From: Amphiscolops sp. MND2022 | Taxonomy: Eukaryota | Assembly (NCBI GenBank): GCA_964187785.1 | Contig: OZ076409.1 | Location: forward strand, 32,738,001-32,802,000 | DNA length: 64,000 nt | Direction of reading: 5' to 3' | In this document: in pieces, positions 13,301-24,251 of the stretch | How positions within the stretch are numbered: position 1 is the stretch's first letter | Layout of the letters: each line of letters starts with the position of its first letter | The notes under the pieces: generated by a model | Seen by the model: the letters and a program-made list of their open reading frames with translations, nothing else | Told to the model about the DNA's origin: nothing | Database searches by the model: none | Position numbers and translations under genes: made by a program

Positions 13301-16300
13301 CAAAAATATATTAAGTATATTGTCCATCTTGATACATGTATTTGAAAAAAAATCAATTTAATCAAAAATTCATTTTCTTTTGACTTGTTCAAAACACTAA
13401 AAATTTTTGTTTTATTCCATCAAGGGGGGTTCGTGTTTGAAATTAAAATACGCGTGAGAATTTCCTAACGCGTATATATATTTTTGTGTTTTAAAAAAAC
13501 AATAAGTTTGATTGAGTATTTCAAACAATAATTTGAAAATAGGTTTTTCGAAAAATCAACTGACAACACATCAATTTCATTTTTTTTCATTGTTTAGTAA
13601 AATCAAGCATTTATTGTTATTTCAGTTTGCGGGGTCAATTTGAATATTTCAAGTTTTAAGGGGACGAGAACTTCCTAAAGCTTCCTAAAACTTCCTATAC
13701 CGAACAATAATTTGAAATTAACTGTATTTCAAAAAACGAACTGAGTTATCTAATCATGAAGTAAAGTTCAACGTTCAAAAAAATCGAAGTTTTAATTTTT
13801 CAATGTTCCTGTTGGGGGGGTTTGATTATAATATTTTGTGAATGTGCATGAATTTACAAATGCGCATAACGTTTTGATTTCTGAAAGTTTAAGTCCGACT
13901 TACAGTATTCCAAGCAATAAACTAATTTCATGAATTTAATTCAAAAGAATTAGTTGTTTCAAACGTAGTTCCAGTTGGGGAGATTTGATCAAACCAATTG
14001 ATAATATTATTTTCTGCATTATATAATTCCCAACCACCTTATAATTCTCAACCACTGAGCGTTGCTATTTTAATGAACAACCAATATGAAAACATTAGCC
14101 GAAAGGATTTTGTCAGGACTACAAAAAACCGAGTTAGTGTCAAGCAGCTCTCAACACTCATTTGCAACTCAGTTATCGGTTCACCTTCAGACACATACAA
14201 TTGCGTATACTGTAACGAGCTTCCCCTAACGAATGATGAACTTGACAGCGTGATTAACCACTACACTAACTCGGTTTGAAGAGAAGCAGTTTTAACTTAA
14301 TCATGCAAGATTACGTACCAAATAGCATATAAAAGAAAATAACGAAACGAAAATAGTCCCATTCAACGAAAAAGCTAAATTAGTTTCATAAAAACATTTA
14401 AAAAAACCGAATACAGTTGAACAATTAGCTCACGAATTTTGTCTCTAATGTTGATACATTTTTAGTGAGTGTTTTGAATTGTGAATGCTTTTGACCACAA
14501 AAACTTTCTCGTAAACAATTTTATTGTTTCCTGAAAAGCATTTCATTTTTTTAATTTGAAACCTTTAGTTTATTTGCTATTATGTTAGTTCGACCTTGTG
14601 CCTGTAAAAAAGTCTCATGTCCTACCAAGTGCGGGTCCGACCTTGTGCTAGTAAAATTACGACCGCATATAGGACATTAACACAAAATGTGTTGTGCAAA
14701 AGCTGATTTCATGCTTTTCTGCTCCTTTCCTAAAAAACTATACACAAGTGTCCAGCGTCACCAGTGATGACTTTACACGAGGGGGTGCCCTCGTTCAGAA
14801 TTTAACCCTGAAAAACAGCAAAGGAAGAAACCCCCTCCTGTTTGAGGTTTTTAGCCATGTTTGGGATCAAAATTTTCAAACTTGCTGTTAGGAATAGTGG
14901 GTTGAAATTTCATTGATTGCCTTGCAAACGTTTTAAGCAGCACTAACATGCCCCCCGTTGAGAAATTTCAAACACCGCCCCTGTGCGTCACGGAAAGGAA
15001 AACAAACTACAATTGGAAACTGAAGACAAGAAATGAGATTACTCTTATTTCAAGAACGATACATAGGTTCTACGAAAGCTTCTGTAATTGAAGACCTTTT
15101 AAAAAAGGTTAATTCCCAAATAGCAAACAACATAAGTCTTGAAAACTAGACTGTTACTGCAACTTAAGATTAGAATAAAAGAACAACGCTCGGTCCTGGA
15201 AATTGAGACTATGACTGTGCCTTAAAATTCGAACAAAAAAGCAACGCCCGGTGCTAACAAACTAGACTGCTACTGCGCTTTAAGGTTCGAAGAAAAAAGC
15301 AACGCCCGGTACTGGAAATTGAGACTATGACTGTGCCTTAAAATTCGAACAAAAAAGCAACGCCCGGTGCTAACAAACTAGACTGCTACTGCGCCTTAAG
15401 ATTCGAAGAAAAAAGCAACACCCGGTACTGGAAATTGAGAATATGACTGTGCCTTGAAATTCGAACAAAAAAGCAACGCCCGGTGCAAACAAACTAGACT
15501 GTTACTGCGCCTTAAGATTCGAAGAAAAAAGCAACACCCGGTACTGGAAATTGAGACTATGACTGTGCCTTGAAATTCGAACAAAAAAGCAACGCCCGGT
15601 GCTAACAAACTAGACTGTTACTGCGCCTTAAGATTCGAAGAAAAAAGCAACGCCCGGTATTGGAAATTGAGACTATGATTGCGCCTTAAGATTCGAAGAA
15701 GAAAGCAACGCCCGGTACTGGAAATTGAGACTATGACTGTGCCTTAAAATTCGAACAAAAAAGCAACGCCCGGTGCTAACAAACTAGACTGTTACTGCGC
15801 CTTAAGATTCGAAGAAAAAAGCAACGCCCGTTTCTGGATATTGAGGCTGACTGCACCTTGAGTTTCGGGAAAAAGCAACGCCCGGTGCTGGGAATTGAGA
15901 CTGACTGCGCCTTGAGATTTGAAAAATACCTGAGCCTAGTAAAACAAGATTAAAATAAAAAATATTTATCAAAATAAAAATTGAAAAAGCAAACAACTTA
16001 CTTGGAGGCGGTGAAGGAAACTCACTGGGTGTAACTCCTTGTTCCACAGCTTCTTTTTGTCGCTTCTGACAAGTCTTTTTAGCAACATGCTGCTGCAATT
16101 TGGTCGTGCTTGCGCAAATTAACCCACATAGTTGGCAAGTGCAGCGGAAAATGCTTTGAGCTTTTCGTGTTCTTTGGCCTTAAAAACAGAATCGTGTGAA
16201 AACCTGAGAACTGATTTGGAAAACACAATCTCATGAGTTTATCAATAAATTGATGATTGATTTTTACGATCGATAAATTTTGATTGATTTTTTATCGATA

Positions 16301-17041
16301 AATTGATGATTGATGAAATAATTTTTGGACAGCCCTGCAAATGAATGATCAAGCATTCCAATTTTCAACAGAGGCTTGGACGCAAACCAAGAACCTTCAA
16401 TTTTATTTAAATCCAGGTACAATTTTTTTTCACAAGCTGTTTTTGACTGTTTTTGGTGGGGGCGGTGAGGGGGATGGTTTGTTCAATAATTTTTGTTTAC
16501 GGTGAATTCCCAGATAACACAAGAGCAAATAACATAAAAATTGAATTAGTTTCAAATAACATGAAAATAAAATTGTTTACGAGAAAGTTTGGATCTTTTG
16601 TTGATCCCCCCATTTAATTCCCCCCAGTTTTTATTACTCTATATTACTCTACCTTTTTTTAACTCTAACATCAACTGAAACTCATCTCTGTTACGGGGGG
16701 GTGGGGTTTCATAATTTTCTCTGTGGGGGAATTAACAGAAAAGATCCGAAAGTTTTAGTGTTCTAAAGCATTCACAATGCAAAAGACATTCGCTGAAAAA
16801 GTATGAGAAATACAGATAAAATTTAGTGAGTCCGATTGTTTAACCGGGTATTTGGATTTTTTTTAAACTAATTTCATTTGTACGTTTAATGGAAAGAAAT
16901 TCGCTTTTATGTTATTTGCTCTTATGTTATTTGGTACAAAATCTTTGTTTACTAACCCAGGCATCTTGATTGATGGCGACTGAACAACCACTTCTGATTG
17001 GCTTGGAATTCCTTCGCGCAGTGAGTGCAGCGTGGAGGCAT
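7381..17041 (-). CDS. Spliced gene: three C2H2/C2HC zinc fingers plus JmjC histone demethylase domain (KDM2/KDM7 type). Exons 17041-16957, 16178-16002, 9480-8299 (1-nt frameshift near 9078), 7846-7381
   Basis: All three introns are GT-AG and phase-compatible (1,1,2). Fingers: CTHC..HQSRC, CQLC..HVAKKTC, CEFC..HKKKYH. JmjC: AQTNWHQDFTGTSVFYILAKGQKHF...FLPSQWIHFVFTAEESVALGCNF, with HxD..H and the 2-oxoglutarate Lys. Confidence 0.85.
10030..12870 (+). repeat. Diverged ~0.8 kb direct repeat (about 10030-10800 and 12090-12870)
   Basis: Shared blocks such as tcagacttc..ttcattgaactt..ttgaatgaagcgagaa and gggtgaaaatcatagt. Confidence 0.75.
11335..11605 (+). repeat. Diverged ~60-bp array x5 with conserved AGCAACGCCCGGTGCTG core
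   Basis: Core at about 11340, 11406, 11465, 11523, 11584; inter-core sequence strongly diverged. Confidence 0.8.
15175..15915 (+). repeat. Tandem array, 58-bp unit x~13, two largely alternating unit types (116-bp dimer), core AGCAACGCCCGGT
   Basis: Spacers gctaacaaactagactg... and actggaaattgagactatg... mostly alternate at 58-bp spacing. Confidence 0.95.
16591..16747. mobile_element. Small MITE with GG termini and 8-bp TSD (Merlin-like)
   Basis: Ends GGATCTTTT...AAAAGATCC; GAAAGTTT on both sides (16583-16590, 16748-16755). Confidence 0.7.
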
Positions 17042-19657
17042 ATCTTGTTCCGAGAATGATTGATGATCAGTTTTTTAGTTTTCAATTTTGAATTTGAAAA
17101 CAAAGTTTTAAATACAATTTTGTACGTCCTTGAGTGCAACCATTATATCGTCGAAAAGAAAATTCAAAACTTTACTTCATTTTTCGAAACAAATGAGAAA
17201 ACTGAAACATTGAAACCAAAAGAAAAATGATCATCACTGATATCGGTGGAAATATTGTGATTTGAATAGGCGAGTAGACGATAGGTATTCAAATTTTGAT
17301 TGAGAGAGCGAACGCAACTGAATGATAAAGAGAATGGATATTGAATGGCGACTGCGCTGGAAGAAGCGATGAGTCACATGAGTCACCGCTTTGAACTCCG
17401 CAGCTCGCTTTGTTAGAATCATAAACAAACATTGCTTGCACGACGCAGCATCGTTCAACTAGTAGAATTTCCACCGCACTCTTTTTTCGTCGACAAAACC
17501 AAGAAAGTTGACTCCCAATAAAAGAGCGGCAGCTCGGAATACAAACTCAGACTCCTTTCATTTCAAACAAAACTTGGTTTCAAAACCCGAACATCGAGTT
17601 GAATAAAGAATGTAAACAGAAAGTAGTTACCGAACTGCGCTGCTCGTGATTTTTTTCTTTTTTTTTCGATTATATCAAAGGAACAGAGATCAAACAGCTT
17701 TAGTGTTTGGGGGGGGGAGAATTTCCCAACAAGGTGTACCTTGGAAATAGATGACATGGTCCGATTTAAGAAATAACTGGTTGGATTTTATGCCTTTTGG
17801 TTTCTATGAGAACAGTTTTCAAAAAGTAAACTGAATAAATGAATCCTAAATTAAATTTTATGAATAATGTAAATCAAAGATATTTTTATTGAGGGGGTGG
17901 GGGGCGTTGTTTGTTTGGTACATGTATTTCAAAAAATCAATCTGATCAATAGTTCATTTTCCTTTTACTTGTTCAAAACAATTTATTTTTCATTTAAAAT
18001 ATTCTCCAGAACTGCAATCCTTTTCAATACAAAAACAAGATATAGAGACCGAATTCTATATTCTTCTCACGTATACCGAACAATAATTTGATATTAACTG
18101 TACTTCAAAAAAACGAACTGAATTAACTTAATAAAGTTCAACGTTCGGTAAAATCGAGGTTTTAAATTTTCATTGTTGTTCCAGTTGGGGGGGGGGGGTT
18201 TGATTATAATTATTAAATAATTAATCAATTTGTGAAAGTGCATGATTTTCCAAATGCGCATAACGTTTTGGTTTTTGAAAGTTAAGTCCGACTTACAGTA
18301 TTCCAAGCAATAAACTAATTTGATGAATTTAATTCAAAGGAACTAGTTGATTGTTTCAAACGTTGTTCCAGTTGGGGAGTATTTGATTAAACCAATTGAT
18401 TTTTTTCCATTATATAATTCCCAACCACCTTATAATTCTGAACCACCGAGCGTTGCTATTTTAAGCCGAGTCAAACAACCAAAATGAAAACATTGGTGAA
18501 TTTCCAAATAACATTGGGAATAAGAATGCCGAAAACATTATCTGTAAGGATTTTGTCGGGGCTATAAAAAACCGAATTAAATAGTGTCAAGCATCTTACA
18601 ACACGCAAATGCAAATACCGGTTCACCTTCAGACACATATAATTGCGTATACTGTAACGAGCTGCCGCTAACAAATGATGAGCTTGACAGCGTGATTAAC
18701 CACTACACTAACTCGGTTGAAAGAGCAGCAATTTTAAGTTAATCAAATAACGCCAAACTCTTGTAGCGAATACTATATAAGAGCAAATTACAAAAACGGA
18801 ATTAGTTCCATTCAACATAGCGAAATTATTTTCATATATTACGAAAAGCCGAATACCCGGTTAAACAATTAAACTCACGTTTTTGTCAGTAATTTTAACA
18901 CATTTTCAGTTAGTCTTTTGGATTTTGAATGCTTTTGACAACTTTCCCAAACAATTTTAATTTCATGTTTGGTGAAGCTCTTTTCATTTTTATTTTTTTA
19001 AAACTAATTTGGTTTTTCATTTGCCATTTTGTTGGTTCGACCTTGTGCTAGTAAAAACAGGTCTCATGTCCTACCAAGTGCGGGTCCGACCTTGTGCGAG
19101 TAAAATTACGACCGCATGTATTAAGTGCAAGTCTTGTGCTATTGAAAAACGGCCTCATGTCCTACCAAGTGCGGATTCACGAAAACTGAGTTTACATTTC
19201 GCTCGATCAACTGACTTGCTTTGTGATTTTAAAAATCGTTGTAGATAACTAGGAATGACAGATGCTATATAGCAAACGAAAATTCCTGAAAATTCAGGTG
19301 GTCAAGATAATTATGAGAATAAATTTTGTTATATAACTGAGAATTCTAGTTTATTACTGCCAGTCAATTTCTATGTTTGTAGCTACAAACAGCAGTAGTT
19401 GACTGGTTGATAACTTGCTTGAGTTATCTCGGTTCCCGAATTTCAAAGCTCTTCGAGACAAAATAACGTGTTTTTCTTACGGTTCTAGTAACCTATTCAC
19501 AATAACACTTGTAGCCTATATTAACACTCAACTTATCTCGTACCAAAACCAAGTATGTGTTCTATAAATTCAATTCAACCAACAGAATGAGAAAAACAAA
19601 TAGTTGAAGCGAGAAAACAAATTCAGAAATAAGAATGTTTTTGAAAATTGAAAGTTT

Positions 19658-20010
19658 TTAAGCTGCTCTTGATAGTGGGTAAATCAGCTGCATGTAGGTC
19701 ACGGCGTCTTCCAGCGCAGGGTCAGTGTTTTCCAAGGCATGGTAGCAAAGAACTTCATAGAGTCTTATAAAACTGTGTGACTCTGGATCAATTCGCACTT
19801 GGCATTTACGGGATTTTGGCTGGGAGGGTGACACTAGACCCGAGTACTTGGAACGGTAACAAATTTTCACCGATTGGTCTGCGTAGGTCCAACGGAGTCT
19901 TGTAATGATTACGTCAACTAATCCGTTGATCTGCATCTCTTTGGGCAGAGTCCATTCGAGGTGCAAATACACTTTTTGGTACCAAAACGTTTGGATGGAA
20001 AGAGTGAATA
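19658..20010 (-). CDS. Unknown protein (probably a last exon), paralogue of 23871-24251
   Basis: KVYLHLEW..ITRLRWTY..IDPESHSFIRLYEVLCYHALENTDPALE aligns with the 23871 ORF; 5' end uncertain. Confidence 0.65.
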
Positions 20011-20894
20011 CTTGACAGAGAAAAAGAGCGTGGTTGAGATAGGCACACACACACAGGGAGAAAGAGAGAGAGAGAGAGTCGAAAACAAAACTGAACTGAC
20101 TGATTTGAAACAGCTCTGAACGAAAGAATGAGCCAGTGGAGAAACCAATTACGAGATATATAAGTGAAAAGAGAAAATGTACCGAAAAACAAAAGCCTGA
20201 TGAAGGATGTATTATTCGATAGGAAACCCTGGCAAATAACAAATAATTGCGTTTTCCTCCCTTCGAGAATGAAAGACATAAATAACAGCTTTGTTCAATA
20301 GTAGAGTATTATCAATTAGCGAATTAAGTTGCTTCATGTTAATCGAATGTAGTCGATGAAAGCACAACACCGCGTTACTCAATGATACATAAGGCTAGTC
20401 TGTTCAATTGTTCAACCTGAATCATTTGGTAATTAGGTAATCGGTAGTTGAATTTGTTGCTGGTTGGGCGACTAAAGAAAAGCATCAAACTGAATTGATG
20501 TGATAGTGCCGATACCTCTGCACTCTTGTGACGGTTTGAGGTTGAATTGGTTATTTAAATTTTTTGAGGTGGTCTAAAATCACGGATGGTGTACGAAGTC
20601 TTTGTATTACAAGTCTGATCCACATACACTAGTAACGAAAGGAATAAATTTCCGGTAAAACTGTCTCAGTATTTTGTGACCGTTTATGCCAAAAGAAACT
20701 TTTAATTTTAATTAGATGGACATTAAAGTTTGTAGATGTTTCGGATCTTGTAGGCTGGGGAAGGGGTGGCATTAGCAAGCAAGATATGATTTTTTGTCTT
20801 TTTTTAGTCATGTAAACTGTAAACAATGTGTATCGGGGGAAAACGACATGATTCGGATTTTTACAAGCATTCGATAGAATTGATGATTCGGTGT

Positions 20895-20960
20895 TAAGTA
20901 GATTCGAACCGACATTCTACAGCAGTAAAGTATTCTATTTTACCTCTCGGCCATAGCGCC
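20895..20960 (-). pseudogene. tRNA-like remnant or SINE head
   Basis: Box A-like TGGCCGAGAGG and box B-like GGTTCGAATC at tRNA spacing; no complete cloverleaf. Confidence 0.35.
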
Positions 20961-21034
20961 TTGATATTGGACGGTTCTATTTTAGTCTTATTCCTATTTG
21001 CTCTGTTTAAAGCACTGGTGTTAAACGAAAGACG

Positions 21035-21215
21035 TAAAAAAGCAACGCCTGATGTTTGATCGCACAGCTTATCCAGAACAAAGTGAAAAAGCAACGCCTG
21101 GTGTTTGATCGCACAGCTTATTCAGAACGAAGCAAAATAGCAACGCCTGGTTTTAATCGCACAGCTTGTTCAAAAGGAAGTAAAATAGCAACGCCAGGTG
21201 TTAATCGCACAACTT
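21035..21215 (+). repeat. Tandem array, ~49-bp unit x4, core variant AGCAACGCCTGGTG
   Basis: Core at about 21041, 21090, 21139, 21187. Confidence 0.85.
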
Positions 21216-21230
21216 GTTAAAAAATGAACG

Positions 21231-21679
21231 GGACCATGTCATCTATCCCCCCCAGGTACACTTTGTTAGGAATCCCCCCAGCACGAAAGCACATTTTGTT
21301 CTTGAATAAAAATATTTCACTACTTAGAGAATATTATACGAATGTAAATACTTAGCGGATTGTCTCTACAACTGTTGGACACTTCAGGTAAAAAAACCCT
21401 AATTTTTTGATATCATTGTCCAAAATGGCAAAAATTCACGCTTGGAACGAGATGAAATAGTATAAAAAGGCCCCTATTTCAACGCAAATTTTCTCCGTGA
21501 TGATATCTAATGAGCAACTTTTAACTGACAGTCAATGTAATGGATAGGATTATGTCGACATGAATTGTTTTATTGGATTAATATTCTAACGCAAACGATG
21601 TCGACATAATGGTATTTGAACCTTGTGACTTATTCCCCCCCCCCGCCGCAGTTTGGGGGGGAAACAGATGACATGGTCC
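21231..21679. mobile_element. MITE with GG-initiated TIRs and perfect 8-bp TSD (Merlin-like)
   Basis: GGACCATGTCATCTATCCCCCCC ... GGGGGGGAAACAGATGACATGGTCC; AATGAACG at 21223-21230 and 21680-21687; related lone end near 17745-17762. Confidence 0.9.
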
Positions 21680-22084
21680 AATGAACGATACGAACAAAAA
21701 TTGCAATTAAATCCTTCAAGAAAATACTAGGAGTTTATAATGTTCTTAACGTCATCAATATTCCAGAAAGAATGGTTCACTTTCGAAAAAGTCGCTTTTC
21801 AAGGTTATTGGGCGACAAGTTTTTTATTTTATACCTAAATACTTGAAATTTGTCAGTTTCTCACATTTGATTTAAAAAATAGTTGCAAGTAATTGCAGCT
21901 GAATGCATTCAAATCAATAAACTTTTTAATTGCCTGAATTCAAACAATTAAAACTTGAACCACTTTGATTGCAACGCCCAGTGCAATCAGCGTTGTGCAA
22001 TAAATAATTTATTTGAAAATAATTCAAAGAAATAAAAATACCAATCTTTATTCTAGTTTCGTCTTCTAGTTTTAGAATGAACGT

Positions 22085-22400
22085 ATTAAAATAGCAACGC
22101 CTGGTGCATCGCTCAGAGTTTGATTTAGAATGAACGAATTGGAATGAACGAATAAAACTAGCAACGCCCGGTGCTCGCGCAGTGTATAATTTAGAATGAA
22201 CGATTAAAAATAGCAACGTCCGGTGCTTGCGCAGTGTATAATTTAGAATGAACGATTAAAAATAGCAACGCCCGGTGCTCACGCAGTGTATAATTTAGAA
22301 TGAACGATTAAAAATAGCAACGCCCGGTGCTCACGCAGTGTATAATTTAGAATGAACGAATAAAAATAGCATTGCCCGTTGACTCGCGCAGTGTTTGATT
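22085..22400 (+). repeat. Tandem array, 52-bp unit x~6, core AGCAACGCCCGGTGCT
   Basis: Unit aaatagcaacgcccggtgctcacgcagtgtataatttagaatgaacgattaa. Confidence 0.9.
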
Positions 22401-22781
22401 TACAGTAGTTGACTTAGACGTCAATCAAAACTAATATAATGATAATCCTCAATGTATTTTTGTGAAATACTCTACAGTAGTGATAATCAGGAAGAATAAA
22501 TTCGGGCACTCATTTCCTCAAAACGGCGGGACTTTCTTATGCGAATTCGGTACTCCTATTTCCTAAATCGACACTCGAAAATAAACGAAGAAGCAATGAA
22601 ATTTTTCATTGATATTTAACGAAAACAAAAGGTAATGAAAGTGATCACAAATGTTTCAACACATATTCCAGAAATACGCGTTCGAGTTCGGGTTCTTGGT
22701 TGTTTTACAGATAAATTCAACCAGCGGCATCGTCGGCAATCGTCTTGGTTTTGAGACTATTTGTTTCTCAGCATCATCTCA

Positions 22782-23340
22782 TCAAAGTCGTGCTTGGAAT
22801 GGCTTGACATGAATATTGTTATTGGGCCGCCACAGATCCTCTTGTTCTTCCATGAAATCCGTCACATTCTTGAGCATCTTTTTGTGTCTAAACAGGATGA
22901 ACGGTATACAAAAATTTGCCGGCTACAAAAAGTTCTTAGAATTTTATCTAGTTTACAAAAATGTTTATTTGGAAGTCTTCTGACAAAAATTACAAAGTTA
23001 AGATTGTAAATTTTGACAAAATCAAATTTGCATTTTTTTCTTGATTTTCACAAAGTTGAGATAGTATTTTTGAAAATTTTTTAGTCAATCATATGCCCCA
23101 AGATCTGAGGGTTATCCTGTGTACCAAACACATCATGATATAGATTCTTTCGTAATACAAAAACCAGATTCCAACATAGAAACTCTAAACGATTTAGAAC
23201 AATAATTACCTTATCTTTCCGTCAGGGTAAACCACACTATTGTAATAGCAGAATCCAACTTTCTCGGGGGTTTGTGACTTGATCTCAATGACGGCGAAGT
23301 TTCCATTTTGTAGGATTATTGTCCCTGTCGCTTTCAGCAT
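22782..23340 (-). CDS. Possible small two-exon gene, 78 aa, unknown function (exons 23340-23210 and 22887-22782)
   Basis: ATG; AG|GTAATT donor and ctgtttAG acceptor in matching phase 2. MLKATGTIILQNGNFAVIEIKSQTPEKVGFCYYNSVVYPDGKIRHKKMLKNVTDFMEEQEDLWRPNNNIHVKPFQARL. Confidence 0.4.
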
Positions 23341-23870
23341 TGTTGAATACAGTTCAGTGAAGAATGAAACTGGTTCAGTAAAACTGGTTCAGTGGAGAAA
23401 GATGGTTGTTTCAACTGATTTTGATTGTGAATTGGCGCTGACTGGTTAGTAGGTGAGTCTGAAGTTAGTTAATTAGAAGTGGAATCCAATTGGTTACTGG
23501 AGTATCAAAGGATTCCTTTAGTGTAAGGGACTTTCTTTTGCTGAATACTTTATAGCGAGGCAACACGAATAAACGTCACGCTTGTTACTACAGTTTTAAT
23601 AATTAAGCAGCCTTTAAAATACTTAATTAGGTTACCAACAATCGTTTCGACTTTGCTGTTCCTAATTACTTGATTATCTATACCCGGTTATTTCACCAAA
23701 GTATTTTACTTTGAACTATATCACAACTGAACACCGACTCATTACTCGTGAGTAAGGTTTAAGGTTGAGACGATTGTGCTAGCACGCTTTTGGAAGGGTA
23801 CTGTAGAATTCCAGTTGTTTCTCAGTCTCTTTGAACGCAGTCTGTTTAGTCTAACCTACCAAATCTACTG

Positions 23871-24251
23871 ATGCCTTGCCACAAACTATATTTGAACTTA
23901 CTGTGGGTAGTTCCACAAGAGCTTGAAAACCTCGATATTGAGGTAGTTACCATCACAAAAATATATTGGACCTTCAGAGAAAGTGTCATCAGAGTTTGTT
24001 TCTATGGAATCCAATCTAACCGCTCTCATCCGCTACCCGTGAAAAAGACCCCAACGAAATTCAACATACACCTTCACCCACAGTCACAAAGTTTCAAGGA
24101 CTTGAACGAAGTGCTGGGCTACCATGCTCTGGACAACAAGGATCCACTACTGGAAGAACTGCTGAGCTTTATGTCCAGCATCAAGAAGATTTCTTTGGAA
24201 AAACTCTTTGACTCGTCTTCGGACGAATCATTCTTTGGCATGGAATTCTAA
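23871..24251 (+). CDS. Unknown 126-aa protein, paralogue of 19658-20010
   Basis: Clean ATG ORF; protein-level similarity to the 19.7 kb ORF. Confidence 0.7.
   Translation: MPCHKLYLNLLWVVPQELENLDIEVVTITKIYWTFRESVIRVCFYGIQSNRSHPLPVKKTPTKFNIHLHPQSQSFKDLNEVLGYHALDNKDPLLEELLSFMSSIKKISLEKLFDSSSDESFFGMEF

Larger units (their letters stand above)
13330..19120 (+). repeat. Diverged ~1.3 kb direct repeat (about 13330-14670 and 17915-19120)
   Basis: Collinear shared blocks: tacatgtattt, tataccgaacaataatttga, aagtccgacttacagtattccaagc, gacagcgtgattaaccactacac, cctaccaagtgcgggtccgaccttgtgc. Confidence 0.85.
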
